Source of the DNA: Psammoneis japonica
Lineage: Eukaryota
Direction: 5' to 3'
Assembly (NCBI GenBank): GCA_008632985.1
Contig: QPGO01000086.1
Span: forward strand, 62,001 to 126,000
Length of the DNA: 64,000 nucleotides
Made by a program: the position numbers and the translations under genes. Positions within the stretch are counted from its first letter, which is position 1, and each line of letters begins with the position of its first letter. The notes beneath the pieces are model-generated. The model saw nothing but the letters and a program-made list of their open reading frames with translations, was not told the origin of the DNA and ran no database searches. Below are positions 23,150 through 34,600 of the stretch, piece after piece.

Positions 23150-25724
23150 GTGACAGGTCATTTCCACTGTCCCTGCTGTCTTCGTTTGCAGGCGGGGCAG
23201 TCGATTCAAGGTCGTTGTTATCGTTGTTGAGCTGATCTTCATTCATGATGCCTTCTCCTTCTTGGTGTACTGGATTCTCACTTGGTCCATCTTGATCCAC
23301 GTCTTGTCCTCCTTGGTCTGCGGGATTCTCAATCGGTTCATCTTGATCAACGTCTTGCACTTCTTGAATTACTGGATTCGCAGCAGGTTCTGCGTTGCCG
23401 TTCTTTTTCGCTCGGGTGGAGGAGCCCCCATGATCATACCTTCGTCGTCGTCGTCGCTTGTAAGGTTGTGGTTTCGGCTTGACACTTGCTTTCAATTCCT
23501 GGTCCAAAGCTGTCACTTTTTCGTGAATGTCGTGTGGCTCCACATGCGTCGTGTATGCCATGTACTCCAGCAACAGCGCGTAGTGGGGGTGAAGAGGTTC
23601 TCGCCCAAAGGTAGCAAAGTAGTCCCCATGATTCCTTTTAGGTTGATAGTGAATGGAGCGCGACTCCACAGCCGGGGTCTTGTCCTTGTAAATGACGTAT
23701 TCACCAAGTCCATTGGCGTCCGCCCACATTGCTTTGCGCTTGCCCAACGTCAGATACCAATCATGATATTTTTGTCTTTTCCACATTTGCTGCGGTCGAT
23801 TGGGATTGTAGGCACCAGCCAATATTTCATTCGGACGGACCGCGGTTGCTGTCTGCTCCTTGTAAATTGTGGCTTCCTCGCATGTACTATTCTCGCCAAA
23901 CGCTTGATCGAAAACGTCCTTGTAGGCCGACTCTTCTTGGTGCGATAGATATGTCTCGTTAAGAAAGTCCAAGTAGTCCGTTGCCGTTTTGCCATTACCA
24001 ACAAGACGAAACTGAGCTTCGGTCCACGGAACAAATCGTCCCTTGGCTACAGCGTCTCGTCGTGCCGTGTCGTTCTGACGGTTGGACTCTGCGTGGATGC
24101 TTGGCATTGCGTCCAAATGTACACTCTCATCCAACGTCTGTGGTTCGGCCTCTCTATCGCTTTTGAGAGGTTTCGCGAAAGGCGCTTCCGTTATGGCCCG
24201 TCGCAGTGACCAACTTTCCCATGCCCAACTCATTTTGCATGCAACCATAATGACACTCAAAATGTCTACCCGAGATTTGAGTCGCTTCGCATTTGCCCCA
24301 GGCAATGGCGCCGGTAACCAATTTCTCTGTCTTTCTGGGCTTGTTGCTTTATTGCCCATGAGAGCCAAGGTCACATCTAAAACATCTTGTCTCAATCCCA
24401 ACTCTTTGATGAGTCGAGCCGCGACGAGTGGTACAAGCTCTGGAGACAAGAGCGAAAAGGAGGGTGCTGGCTTCCTTGCATCGGTTCGTTTTCGTTTCGC
24501 ACCACGTTTACCATTGGAATCCTCCTGCTCTTCGTCGGATGAATCCAAATCCATAAGGATGTTGCGTGTACGATTGGTGCTCGAATTGAACTTGTATCCA
24601 CACGCCACCAAAAGGATATTTGCATATCGTTCGATAAGACGAGCGGATGGCGGCGTTGACATTCGAAACACCAACGCAAGTGGCTTTAGCGCTTTTTGCA
24701 TTGACGGCGATAGCAGAACATCAAACGCATTGAGAAATGGTAGTGTCCCATTGGCAATGTATGAGACCAAATGATGAGGCATATAACCCATGGACTGGAT
24801 TGAAATCCAAAGAAACGATGCACAAAGAGTCAGGCTGGGCTGCAACATGAGAGCGGCCTCCTTGCGTCCTTTATTTTCCGGATACAGCTTTAACACGGAC
24901 TGAATCTTTGAGTATTCGTGGTGACACTTGGAAGCTTCGTTCCTTGTAAATGTATCAATGGGGTTTTCGTATGCTGGATCAATGCTACTTGGAATTTTCT
25001 CTGGTGGCTTGTCTACATCATTCGATAGCAAGTCAATGCTCTCCTCACTTTGATCTGTATCATTGCCACTATCATCGTAAAGCGCGCCCATGTCTCTATT
25101 GGGAGGATCGTCCTCTTCCGCCTTGATCTTTTTAGCTTTGAGCGTCTCCACGCGTGACTTGTAACTCAACTGACGCATAAGTAAAAGCTTTAAGCGCATA
25201 GGAGTGAACGAGTCACGTAAACAGAAGCGAACTTCGGGGTGTAGCTTTCCATAAAACTCTGCTCCGTCCATCCATGCGGTAAGGTAATTCTTCCATAGCT
25301 TGAATACAAGGTTTCGCATTTGGGTCGTTTGTTCATCCGTGAAATCAAGCAACTTTGAAAGGCGTTGGATGCCACCTTTCAAGACCTGTTGCATTCCATT
25401 CAAACAAGTTTCGAGATCAGGCAAGGGAGCGCTCTTATCCAGTTCTTCCAAGGGCTTTTTCTTGCGCTTTGTTTCGGTTCTTAACTTTGCGCTCTTGAAT
25501 TGACCTGTTCTCGTTCTGGCTGCAAGGCCCTGAATTTCTTCCACTTCCAATCCACCGTCCTGCTGCGTTTGGGTTTGTGATTGCGTATAACACGAGGAAC
25601 AACACGCTAATCCTGAACTGCCATCCACATAAGACTCCGTCCCACCGCAGTTGATACAAACAAATTCTTCATCTTGCTCTTCCTTGACGGATGCGTAGAA
25701 ATCGTCGTCTGTGTAAAACGACAT
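23115..25724 (-). CDS. RNA polymerase I core factor subunit Rrn7/TAF1B-like
   Basis: N-terminal zinc ribbon CINC-x14-CCSSC-YTQSQ; LWKNYL and HHLVSYIANGTLPFLNAF helices resemble TAF1B; 869-aa ORF with a 16-aa repeat near the C-terminus. Confidence 0.7.
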   Translation of the reverse strand: MSFYTDDDFYASVKEEQDEEFVCINCGGTESYVDGSSGLACCSSCYTQSQTQTQQDGGLEVEEIQGLAARTRTGQFKSAKLRTETKRKKKPLEELDKSAPLPDLETCLNGMQQVLKGGIQRLSKLLDFTDEQTTQMRNLVFKLWKNYLTAWMDGAEFYGKLHPEVRFCLRDSFTPMRLKLLLMRQLSYKSRVETLKAKKIKAEEDDPPNRDMGALYDDSGNDTDQSEESIDLLSNDVDKPPEKIPSSIDPAYENPIDTFTRNEASKCHHEYSKIQSVLKLYPENKGRKEAALMLQPSLTLCASFLWISIQSMGYMPHHLVSYIANGTLPFLNAFDVLLSPSMQKALKPLALVFRMSTPPSARLIERYANILLVACGYKFNSSTNRTRNILMDLDSSDEEQEDSNGKRGAKRKRTDARKPAPSFSLLSPELVPLVAARLIKELGLRQDVLDVTLALMGNKATSPERQRNWLPAPLPGANAKRLKSRVDILSVIMVACKMSWAWESWSLRRAITEAPFAKPLKSDREAEPQTLDESVHLDAMPSIHAESNRQNDTARRDAVAKGRFVPWTEAQFRLVGNGKTATDYLDFLNETYLSHQEESAYKDVFDQAFGENSTCEEATIYKEQTATAVRPNEILAGAYNPNRPQQMWKRQKYHDWYLTLGKRKAMWADANGLGEYVIYKDKTPAVESRSIHYQPKRNHGDYFATFGREPLHPHYALLLEYMAYTTHVEPHDIHEKVTALDQELKASVKPKPQPYKRRRRRRYDHGGSSTRAKKNGNAEPAANPVIQEVQDVDQDEPIENPADQGGQDVDQDGPSENPVHQEGEGIMNEDQLNNDNNDLESTAPPANEDSRDSGNDLSLLLHAIDTAEV

Positions 25725-26265
25725 GCTACCGTCGTGATATTTTTATGTCTGGAATTTAGACCTTACCGGTATGCTTTCAGATTTCTCTACTTCATTTGGC
25801 GAACAAGCTATCTCGCTTCAGTCCTTTCTCTTACAGAGGGCACATCGTTGTCGGTCGGACAGTCAAGAATAACGACGAATAGAGCGCCATGGTATTTATG
25901 TCTGATGCGATCATTACGTGACAGTCGAATTAATCTGCGTCTCACGCAGACATGCATGCAAACAGACATTTCACCCGAAATGCGCCAATTTGAAGCCTCT
26001 ACTATCATCGAGCTAGCTAGCTAGTAGTAGTAGTCTCTAGCTAGCTAGACCTAGAGTGACAGTACCGTATCCTCTTTCTGTCCTGTGGTTCAAAGACTTG
26101 AGACAACTGAAGTTAGAGTTCCAGTTATCTACTTTATGATGGTGAATTCGAGCTGTTCTTTCGTTGCGCTCCGACGCAACTGATTGCTCAACGGTTAAAA
26201 GATCTAGACACAAAAAACAACCTCTTTCCGGAAATCCTAGATTCGTTCTCTGTTTCCGTTTCAGA

Positions 26266-27120
26266 TTATCGTCTAGTCCGGCACACGTTCCACCGCCTAC
26301 AATGAAAGCAATCGGAAATTGCCGATCCGATTCTGTACACATAGGAACAGCAAAACATGCGACGAGTCCTATTGAAGCATTGAATCGTTACAAGCAAAAT
26401 TCCAATCGCAGTAACAGCTGGGACCCATCCGTCATAGTTCCATGCCAAGCTCATTACGATTGATGCAAGACAAGTAATGTAGGCCACCACGCCCATGACA
26501 ATGATCGTGACGAACAACTTGTAGTTTCGTTTCGAAATGCACCGACCAAAGAACCGCAGTGATGATCAAACCGCTCGACGCAGCGCTGACACATGGAACA
26601 GTGATGGGACTCTCTGAAAGCAGGACAACAAAATGAGATGGGGCCATGCGACTCTGGAGAAGGCTCGTCTATCGCACGTCTCCAAACAAGGCACCGAACA
26701 CAAAAGACATCGCCGCTGTCCGATTTGATGTTGTTTCCGGGTAGATCTAACTCCGAGTCGAGTGCCTCTTGAACTTCTGAGGGGAGAGGAAAGCACGTCT
26801 CTTGCGAACGCTTGATTGTGCCAGGGTCGAAGGAAAGCAAACCCAACAGAGCCAAAACGGCCAGTAGAATCTCGGAATAAATCAGCCCGACAAAGGTCCA
26901 CCACAAACCTTGGTAAGTTCCCAATGAGCGTCAATGCTACTCCGTGTGTCAGTGCCGCCATACAACACACGCTGCAAGTGTGCAGCAGGTGCCCCCTCCT
27001 TCTTGGCGCCGTTTGACGGTGTAATTGGGCTCTGGAAGTGGCGGCAATGAGCCGGCATTGTAGTTCTCAGATGCAACGTCAATGTTTTCTCCATGGTGGT
27101 CCTCATTACTCTCTGCCATC
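26266..27120 (-). CDS. DHHC palmitoyltransferase, split by single-base frameshifts
   Basis: FCVRCLVWR..HHCSMCQRCVERFDHHCG; one extra T near 26550 restores FFGRCISKRNYKLF; TM helices lie in adjacent frames. Confidence 0.8.
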
Positions 27121-27436
27121 AATGTCGAAGACTCTATAAAGAGTAGGTAGGTGTACCAAGTTTGAGTCATTGTTGTTGTCGCTGGGTAGTTGAAGATGTC
27201 GGGCGAAAAAAAAAAGTGGGGAGATAATTCAAATCTATTCTTAAGCTCTCAATAAAATTAATGTATTTGGCGAAGAAGTATCAATAATAATGTACTTTCC
27301 GTGGATTGTTGAATCGATACTACAGGCGTTTTTAAGCGAGAAAGCGATTTGGGGACACACAGTATCGACACCGCAGAAAAAGGAACGAGCACTTCCAACT
27401 TGCCCCACCATCACAGTAAATATCATCAAAGCGACC

Positions 27437-28740
27437 ATGACATCCCTTGTCCTGCAAGATTCACCGTCTGAACTACAGAATGCCTCCGACGTCGAACCTC
27501 AGGGAAGAACGTATGACGAGAGATTAAAGAATGAGCCAGGCGCTATTCGCATTGACGACCTCGTCCTCGGCATGAAACTGGCAAGCGTCGCCATTACCGA
27601 TGACAAAGAGGGAACGTTGGCAAAAGTCGGTAAAAGCAACCCGTGGCACATTGAGGCCCTCAAGGTTATAACTGGGTCGGAAGAAGAAGCTCACAAACCC
27701 TTGTCTCGCATTCTGTCAAAGCACTTTGGTTTGGAATGTGATCACCACATTGACGTTTCTGGATATAGTAAGGCGGGACACCCTCTTGACACTCAGGATA
27801 CATTGCACATAATGATGAAATGATTGTACTTGCTTTTCGATGTACTACGTCGGGAAAGATTGGCTCACCAACCTCTCCACTAGTTCGAGCGAGTGGGAAC
27901 CGGAAATCGATATTCCACAAGGCCATTCGGGGCACTTTAGTTGTCTCCAAGGTCTGTGCTGCGAGGATCAGTACAAGCCACGGGTGCACACTGGGTTTTA
28001 CAACAATTTCTGTTTCAGCTCCTCTCCTGCAAAAGTACATTGACCCGCTTCTTGCACCAGACCAACCGCCCCGCAAACTATACGTGGTGGGGCACAGCCT
28101 TGGCGCTGGTATTGCAACTTTGGCGGCATGCTACTTTTTGCTGGAGCACCAATGGCAAAACCTTCCTCACAAGCTTATCCACATTACAGCAGGTAGTCCT
28201 CGTGCTGTCCGTGGTGGCATGCGTGATATTATCACGGAGAAAATGAACACATTGCGTCCCCTAGACAAGGCTGTCATTTGCCGCATCGTCCGTGATCAAG
28301 ATGTGGTATCTACGGTGCCTCCTTCAGTGTTTGGCTTTGTGCACCTTGATACACTTGTTTTCATAACAAGGGATGGTGATATTCTGATCAATCCTGAGCT
28401 CGATGGAGACATGGGTGATGATAGTGAATTGAACAAGCTTCAGCTCTTGGAATCAGACACCGAGACGGATATGTCGGAGGATGAACGCGATAATCCCAAA
28501 GAGGGAAAAATGGAGAAGACAGCTTATGAGAAGAAGGTCTCTATGATTCCGCGCGCCCTTAGGGACCACATGCCTGATTTCTATCTCAAACCACTAATTG
28601 ACGTGTTCGAGAAGGAGAACCCTCCCTCGATGGTAAACAAGCTGGAAGAAGAAGAAGGTTCCGCAATTGATCCAATTGAGAGCCCCAAGCGCAAAAGAAG
28701 GTTCAAATTCTTTCGCCGAGGGAAAAAACGTATCAGTTAA
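27437..28740 (+). CDS. Class 3 lipase, split by frameshifts (about 27795, 27855, 28010)
   Basis: IVLAFRCT, DWLTNL, VHTGFY, VGHSLGAG, DVVSTVPP and DH motifs distributed across three frames. Confidence 0.8.
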
Positions 28741-28888
28741 GATCAGTAGGTGTGTTGAAAGGGCATGGTACAACTAACGCAGAATGGAGACGCATCATAG
28801 CATCTACACTGTAAGCTCAGCGTAGTTTTTCAATTATTACATGCATGCTTTTTATCGAGCAATCATAATCACATCTTCACAGACAGCC

Positions 28889-28954
28889 GGGGTTAGGGTT
28901 AGGGTTGGGGTTAGGGTTGGGGGGTTACGTTAAGGTTAAGGTTAAGGGTTAGGG
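28889..28954 (+). repeat. Interstitial telomere-like (TTAGGG)n array, degenerate
   Basis: ggggttagggttagggttggggttagggttggggggttacgttaaggttaaggttaagggttaggg. Confidence 0.85.
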
Positions 28955-29029
28955 ATGACAAACCTTTGAAGAGAAGCGTAGGCCCTATTGCACTGATCGT
29001 CTCACTGATTTTCGCCAACGTCATTATAT

Positions 29030-31570
29030 ACACGCTGTTCTGTGTGCGCTGGAGCTGAGTTTCAGCAAACAGAGCCCAAGCTGCACACTCAATGTGGACC
29101 ACCAAGAGAAGTGCAACCTTTTTTCCATGCAGAGCACACTGAGTCTTCTTTGTGCACTCTGTTGCCTCTGTTGAGTGCCAGTGCACACATGTCATTCAAC
29201 ACATTGTGGCACATTTCGATGCACCAGCAGCGCTGTGCGGTTCATGGTGTGCGGCAGTCACAATGGTGCTCAGCCAGCACAATGCCACTCACATGTGCCG
29301 TTTCATTGGCTGTGACTGGAGAGTGGCTTGTGGTTCAACTGCTGTGCAGCTGTGTTTGTGTGTTGTGCAAGCATGTGCAGCCCTTGTTGTGCATGACCGC
29401 AGCACTTCTGTGTCATTCCTGCAGCATGCCAACATGGCTCAGCATCAAAATGCATGGCAGCAACCCAAGTTTCCTGTGACACTTTGCTTTGTTGTGCCAC
29501 TCTGCCAGAGTCAAACCTCTCATCTCCTGCTCCCAAGCATGGATCTGTGATTTGGTTGCTCAGCTTTGGGGCAGCACAGCATTCACACCAGCCATCTGGA
29601 AATGACTGCAATCATCATGCACCATTTTTGTTCATCATTGATGCAAGTTCATTCTCACAGTGCTGGCATGATGAGACATGACAAATGCATGGTTGTGTGC
29701 ATGCACAAAGCAAGCACATTCATTGTTTTTGACACCATTGCAAAACACTCAAAATTTGACATGTGATGTCTGCTGACCCTGCTGACAGGCACACTGCACT
29801 GCTTCCACCAGTTGGTGCCAAGCATGGCAATGACAGATGATCTTTCAGAAACAACCCTGGCAACTGGAGTGGCCTTAGAAATGCAGAGACCTTGCACAGG
29901 GGCTCTCCATCACATGCACTCAGTGAGAAGAAAAAGTGGAGAGGGTCAGAAATGTCTGAGATGAGTCAACCACAAGAGGCCAAGGCTGTCAAAGCTGTGC
30001 CTTTCCAACCTGTTTGCAAAGTGGCTGGTGTGAGATTCAAGAGCCTTGTGATTTGTGTCTTGGACATCGTTGCAAGGGGGGGGGGTTCACCCCCTGCTTT
30101 TTGGCTCACTTTTGCCCAAATGGATTGAATTCTTCAGATCAGCATCTTTGATGATTGTCACAAGGCAGAGGAAAGGGCAACACTCAAAAGAAGCAAAAGT
30201 TGGAGAGCTGATGCTTGACTCCTGTGATTTTGACAGCTGTGACAGCATCTTGCTGCAACAGCAGCAGAAACATTGTTCACTCAATTGCAGCAAATCAGCA
30301 ACATCCAGCATCAGCAAGCATTGTTGAACTGCACAGATTTTTTGCTGTGGACTCAATGATGCCTTTTGTGCTCTTGGAGCTCAACATGTGGTTTGCCCAG
30401 AGCACAGGCCTGAAACAATTCCTTTCAGTTGCCAGCGCCCTTGATGAATGGTGGTTGGCAGCAAACCAACAACGCTTGGAGCTTCTTCTTCTCAGATGTC
30501 AGATGTCCTCATCCTGCCAAAGCTCTGCCCCAAACCTTTCATCTTGTGTTTTGCAAATCATTGCAGCAGTGTTTTCTGTTGTTCGTCCAAGTGTGCTTTG
30601 TGAGAAAACAAGGAGCAACAGAGTGTGAGTGTGACATGGATGTGTTGCAAAAGGAGTGATGGCACCATCAAACCAAAAGCACTGAAAGCGTCATCTCTTC
30701 AGACCAATCCCCTTGCCCCGCCAAAACTCTGTTGAGACTTTTCATCTTGCAACTTGAGGCATTTGGTGGTGCTTTTCTGTTCTTTGTTTCAGCACACTCC
30801 ACAAAAAATGAAGAGTGTCAGCACAGTGATGGTGCTTCACAAAAGGTTGGTGGCAAACCAAACACAATGACGAGAGCAAGTCTCTTCTCAGACAATGTCC
30901 CCACAAAACTCCTTTTGGGGCTTTTGACCTTGCATGTTGAGGTTTGTTGTCACATTTCTGCACACCTTGTCTGAGCATGCCTCACAAAAAATGAAAAGCA
31001 ACAGAGCACAAGCATGGCATGGATGCACCATGAAAGGGTGGCAGCAAGCAGCAAACCAACAGCACTGGCACCTCATTCTCAGATGTTCTTGCCCTGCTGC
31101 AACTCTGAGGAGCTTTTCATCTTGTGTCTTGAGCTTTTTGTGGTGCTTCTTTGGCTCACCTGAAGCAAAAAACAACAAAGCATGAGCACAACCACTTGTG
31201 CATGTCACAATGGTGCAATTCTTCATGCACGGCATGTGGCATCAGCAAACTTTTGGCGTGCGTGCCACACGCACCTTTGAAACGTGAGGAACACAAAACA
31301 AGCAAAAGTTGGCAGATGGATCACCTCCATTGCACTCACCTGGATTGTCCAAAGTCACCATTGTTGCCATGTTGCAAAGTGCGCGAAATGTTTTTTCAGC
31401 AGAAAATCACGAGCCAAATTGGCCAAAATTCGAGCCATGTCATCTGGCCTGTGCCAGTGTTTGGAAGACGATCGACAATGGCCAAACTGAAAATGGCACA
31501 GTGCGGCACAACTCGGATGTGTCACTGTTGAAAGGCACTGAGATTTTCAAACCACAGCGCAGTCGACGGA
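29030..31570. repeat. TpA/CpG-depleted decayed block C
   Basis: About one TA (near 29876) seen in ~2.5 kb; decayed internal ~190-bp repeats at 30460-31135; a segment homologous to 41215-41338. Confidence 0.85.
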
Positions 31571-31739
31571 TGGGTGTCTTAACTATCCTTTCCACTATTT
31601 TTTCAATCAACATTTGTTTTGTCCTTTTAATCTTTCATATTCACTATACCTTTTACAGGGGCTTCAATGGAGTTATGATGCTGGAATACTTTCATAACTC
31701 TTTGTGCCCGCATCACTTCTGCAGCTCAATCCAGGCATC

Positions 31740-33231
31740 TTACGAGCTAGGACAGGCGTCTCCTCGAAACGGAAATTGAATGAAGGATGGCCACCCAACC
31801 ATCTCGACAACTATCGCCATTACCTCGTAAATAAACAGCAGCGTGAATGCAATGATGGTGCCAATGCCATCTCGGGTGAAGGCCCACAACAGTGTCGGCA
31901 ACTCCACCCACAAAACAGGACTGAGCGTCCATACCAGTCGTTGCGCCCGGGACATTCTACGCCTTAGTTCCGGGTTGTCCAAATCTTCTCGACAATAAAA
32001 ACATGAATGACAACAACCACATGCCATTCTTGCCAGAACTACAATTACGAGAGCACCAATCACCATCACGATAGAGATGAGAGTGTCAACTGTGCCGTTA
32101 GAAAGTGAGTTTGTCGACGTTGCTCGTACGGCGATCGCCCCAGCGCTGTCGCGACGGTCATTGTCCATGCAGCCGCAGTACTCAAAAAATCTGCCAAGCC
32201 GTTTCGGTTACGAAACAAGTCGTGCTCCCTCGTTGCCGCACCCTCTCGGTTGTTTCTCCCCACGCAGCATGGGATCAAGAGAGCAGCCTCTTGCTCCTGA
32301 ATTTTCTCGGCTCTCACACAAAGAGCCCATGTAGTGAAACACCAAGATACTGCCTGGGTCAATATTGCCAAATGCCAACTTGCGACGTCCGGTGTGCTGA
32401 CGGGGAGGATCTCGAAATCCTGTGCTTCACCTGCACCTGTGAATAAAGTTTCACCAGAGGAAACAATGAGGCTCGTCAAGAGCCCGCCACCCGAGAAAAC
32501 GATACCGACTGCTAGACTACACCAGTGATCCTTTTGTTTCTTTTTGTTCTTTGAGACAACAAGCTGGACCAGAGCTTGTGGAAAAATCACCATAATTGTA
32601 CCTACCACCGCAAGGCTTGTCTGTGTCTCACAACGAATTTCGATTTTGTCAACCGCATCTTGTTTGGCGATACAGTCCGATGAAACGAAGGCTATTACGA
32701 TTCCACCAATGGACACGGGCGTCATAACTAGCGGTATGATAGACCGGAAAAGCTGCGTTGCGATTGCCTCTTCAGATGTTTCTTCATCATCACTATTATT
32801 CATGGTGGCATTTGAGACAACGGAATCTTTTGTTCTTCATCGTTTTCTACAGTAGGATCCAGCTTGATTGTCACGGGAATGTCGGTGCATATGGATAGAG
32901 ATGCTGGCATTCCAACGGAAGCTTCACATGATGCCTCCAATTCCGGATTTCTACGAGTATCCATCGTTTCCTCTCGGCGAGGGATGACTGGGCGCTGAGT
33001 TTCATCCGTGTCCTCCTGTCCTCCTCTTTTAAGATTCTTTGCACGAGTTGATCTGTTCATTGGTTTTCGGTGTGGCGGCATAACTTGAAGTTGATGGTCT
33101 GTATCTTCTCGGCGACTACCAGCACTAGTAGCTGATCCTCGTGTCGATCGTTGTTCTTCATATCCGCTTGTGTCATTCCGGAGGAGTCGACTATTATTGA
33201 GAGATTCATCTTGTACCATTTTGTTTTGCAC
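31740..33231 (-). CDS. Hypothetical membrane protein, probably one gene split by frameshifts
   Basis: Three abutting minus-strand ORFs (32800-33231, 32066-32803, 31740-32168): a hydrophilic N-terminus followed by several TM segments. Confidence 0.5.
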
Positions 33232-33572
33232 TCATGGGCATCGCAATTCATCATCAATGATCTTGTGCTGGAAAGTTCTATGGCGCACCTCAATAACTGC
33301 AAGATTTGCTTGCAACTTGCAACCGAGAGCAAACACGACCAAACAATCGCGGGTCGTGCGTCGCGGCTCACGCCGCCCGTCTTGTTCCTTCTCCTGCGGC
33401 TCTCTAGTGCTGTCTAGAGATCTTCTAGTGATGGACTGGAATGGCTTTACTAGCGGATGCGCAAGCCTCATTCCCAAAAACCCAAGCTGGAACGGCAGGG
33501 CCTTCCAGTGCCACCCACAGTGCCATGCACTCTTGGGAGGGTGGATGGGTTGAGGCTGGAGGGCTGTGGTGA

Positions 33573-34600
33573 TCAGGCGTCTTGAGGATTCTGAGGGACG
33601 TCAGCATTGGGGTGGAGGACGAAGTTGCCACCGGCAAGCATGTCATGAGCGAAGTTGCGCATGACTGGTTCTGCTTGCAAATGCAGGTGTCGCAACATTT
33701 CGTCGGATCGCCAGCGGCCTGAGAGCCGAATGAGATCGGTGTCAACGCAGGCACAAAGGAGGGCCATTGCCCCAGCGGCACGAAGACACCGAGCGGCAAT
33801 GTCTCGGGTGGTGAAGCCGAGATTAGCCGGACTGAGAGCAGTGACAGCATTGCAAAGCATGCTGGTGATGTCGGCTGGGGACACACGACGCCAGGTGTTG
33901 TTTTGAAAGCAAACACCAAGGGGTGTGTCAGGGAGCGCACCATGGGTGCACAAGTGTTGGACACGGCGGATGAGGGTTTGAGCCGGGCACAGGTGAGGGT
34001 GACCGGAAAGACCCAGCCCCAGAACTTTGCCTTGCACTCCATTTTTCTGGGTGGCAAATGTGAGAGTGGCGAAGGTTGCTGTGTCAAGGTGTGCAAGTGG
34101 AGCTTGCATGGTGACAAGACAAGCACCACCGGACGCAAGCCGGACGTCGGCGAGACGAAAGGGGGTGGTGTCGGATGGTGTTGCGGTGCATTTGCCAGGC
34201 CACAACAAAAAGAAAAAGGTGAGTGCAATCATGTCAGCAATGGCTTGTGTGCCCGGGTCATTGCTGAGGGCTGCGGCGGTCATAATCCACTGCAGCACTG
34301 CAATTGGGACAGGTTTTACGCGGTCTGGGGGTGGATCCTGCTTCTTGTAAAAACGGACTTGCCGGGTGAGACGGAAATCCATTGTGCCTTGGGATGTGTG
34401 GCGCGGATCCGGGGCCCCCATTGCAGCAAACATTTGGCCAACCGAACGTGCGGCATCTTCTCAGCGGTTCTTCCACGGACGGGATTGGCCATCGGCGCGA
34501 GGACTCCTGTGCGGCATCGGTGCAAGAAGACTTGGAGGAAGACAACGGGGTCGTCAACGTCTTTGAGGAGTGGGTCGATGGCCAAAGAGGAGCAGAACTC
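33573..34600 (-). pseudogene. Tyrosine recombinase of the retrotransposon, catalytic Arg and Tyr lost
   Basis: FFFLLWPGKC (expected LLRPGEY), TQKNG, LCP, ARCLRAAGAMAL, GRWRSDEMLRHLH (expected RYLH); overlaps the RNase H frame. Confidence 0.85.

Noticed and set aside
26266..28740. Programmed frameshifting or pseudogenisation of the DHHC and lipase genes (also SET, MATH-BTB-SAP, PhyH and 52859-53516)
   Set aside because: Single-base losses in otherwise intact, unrelated genes, clustered by region and often at short runs, are best explained as consensus errors; read data are needed to settle it.
29042..31531. Cys/His-rich ORFs as metal-binding proteins
   Set aside because: They overlap in all frames, lack Tyr and follow from loss of TAA/TAG.
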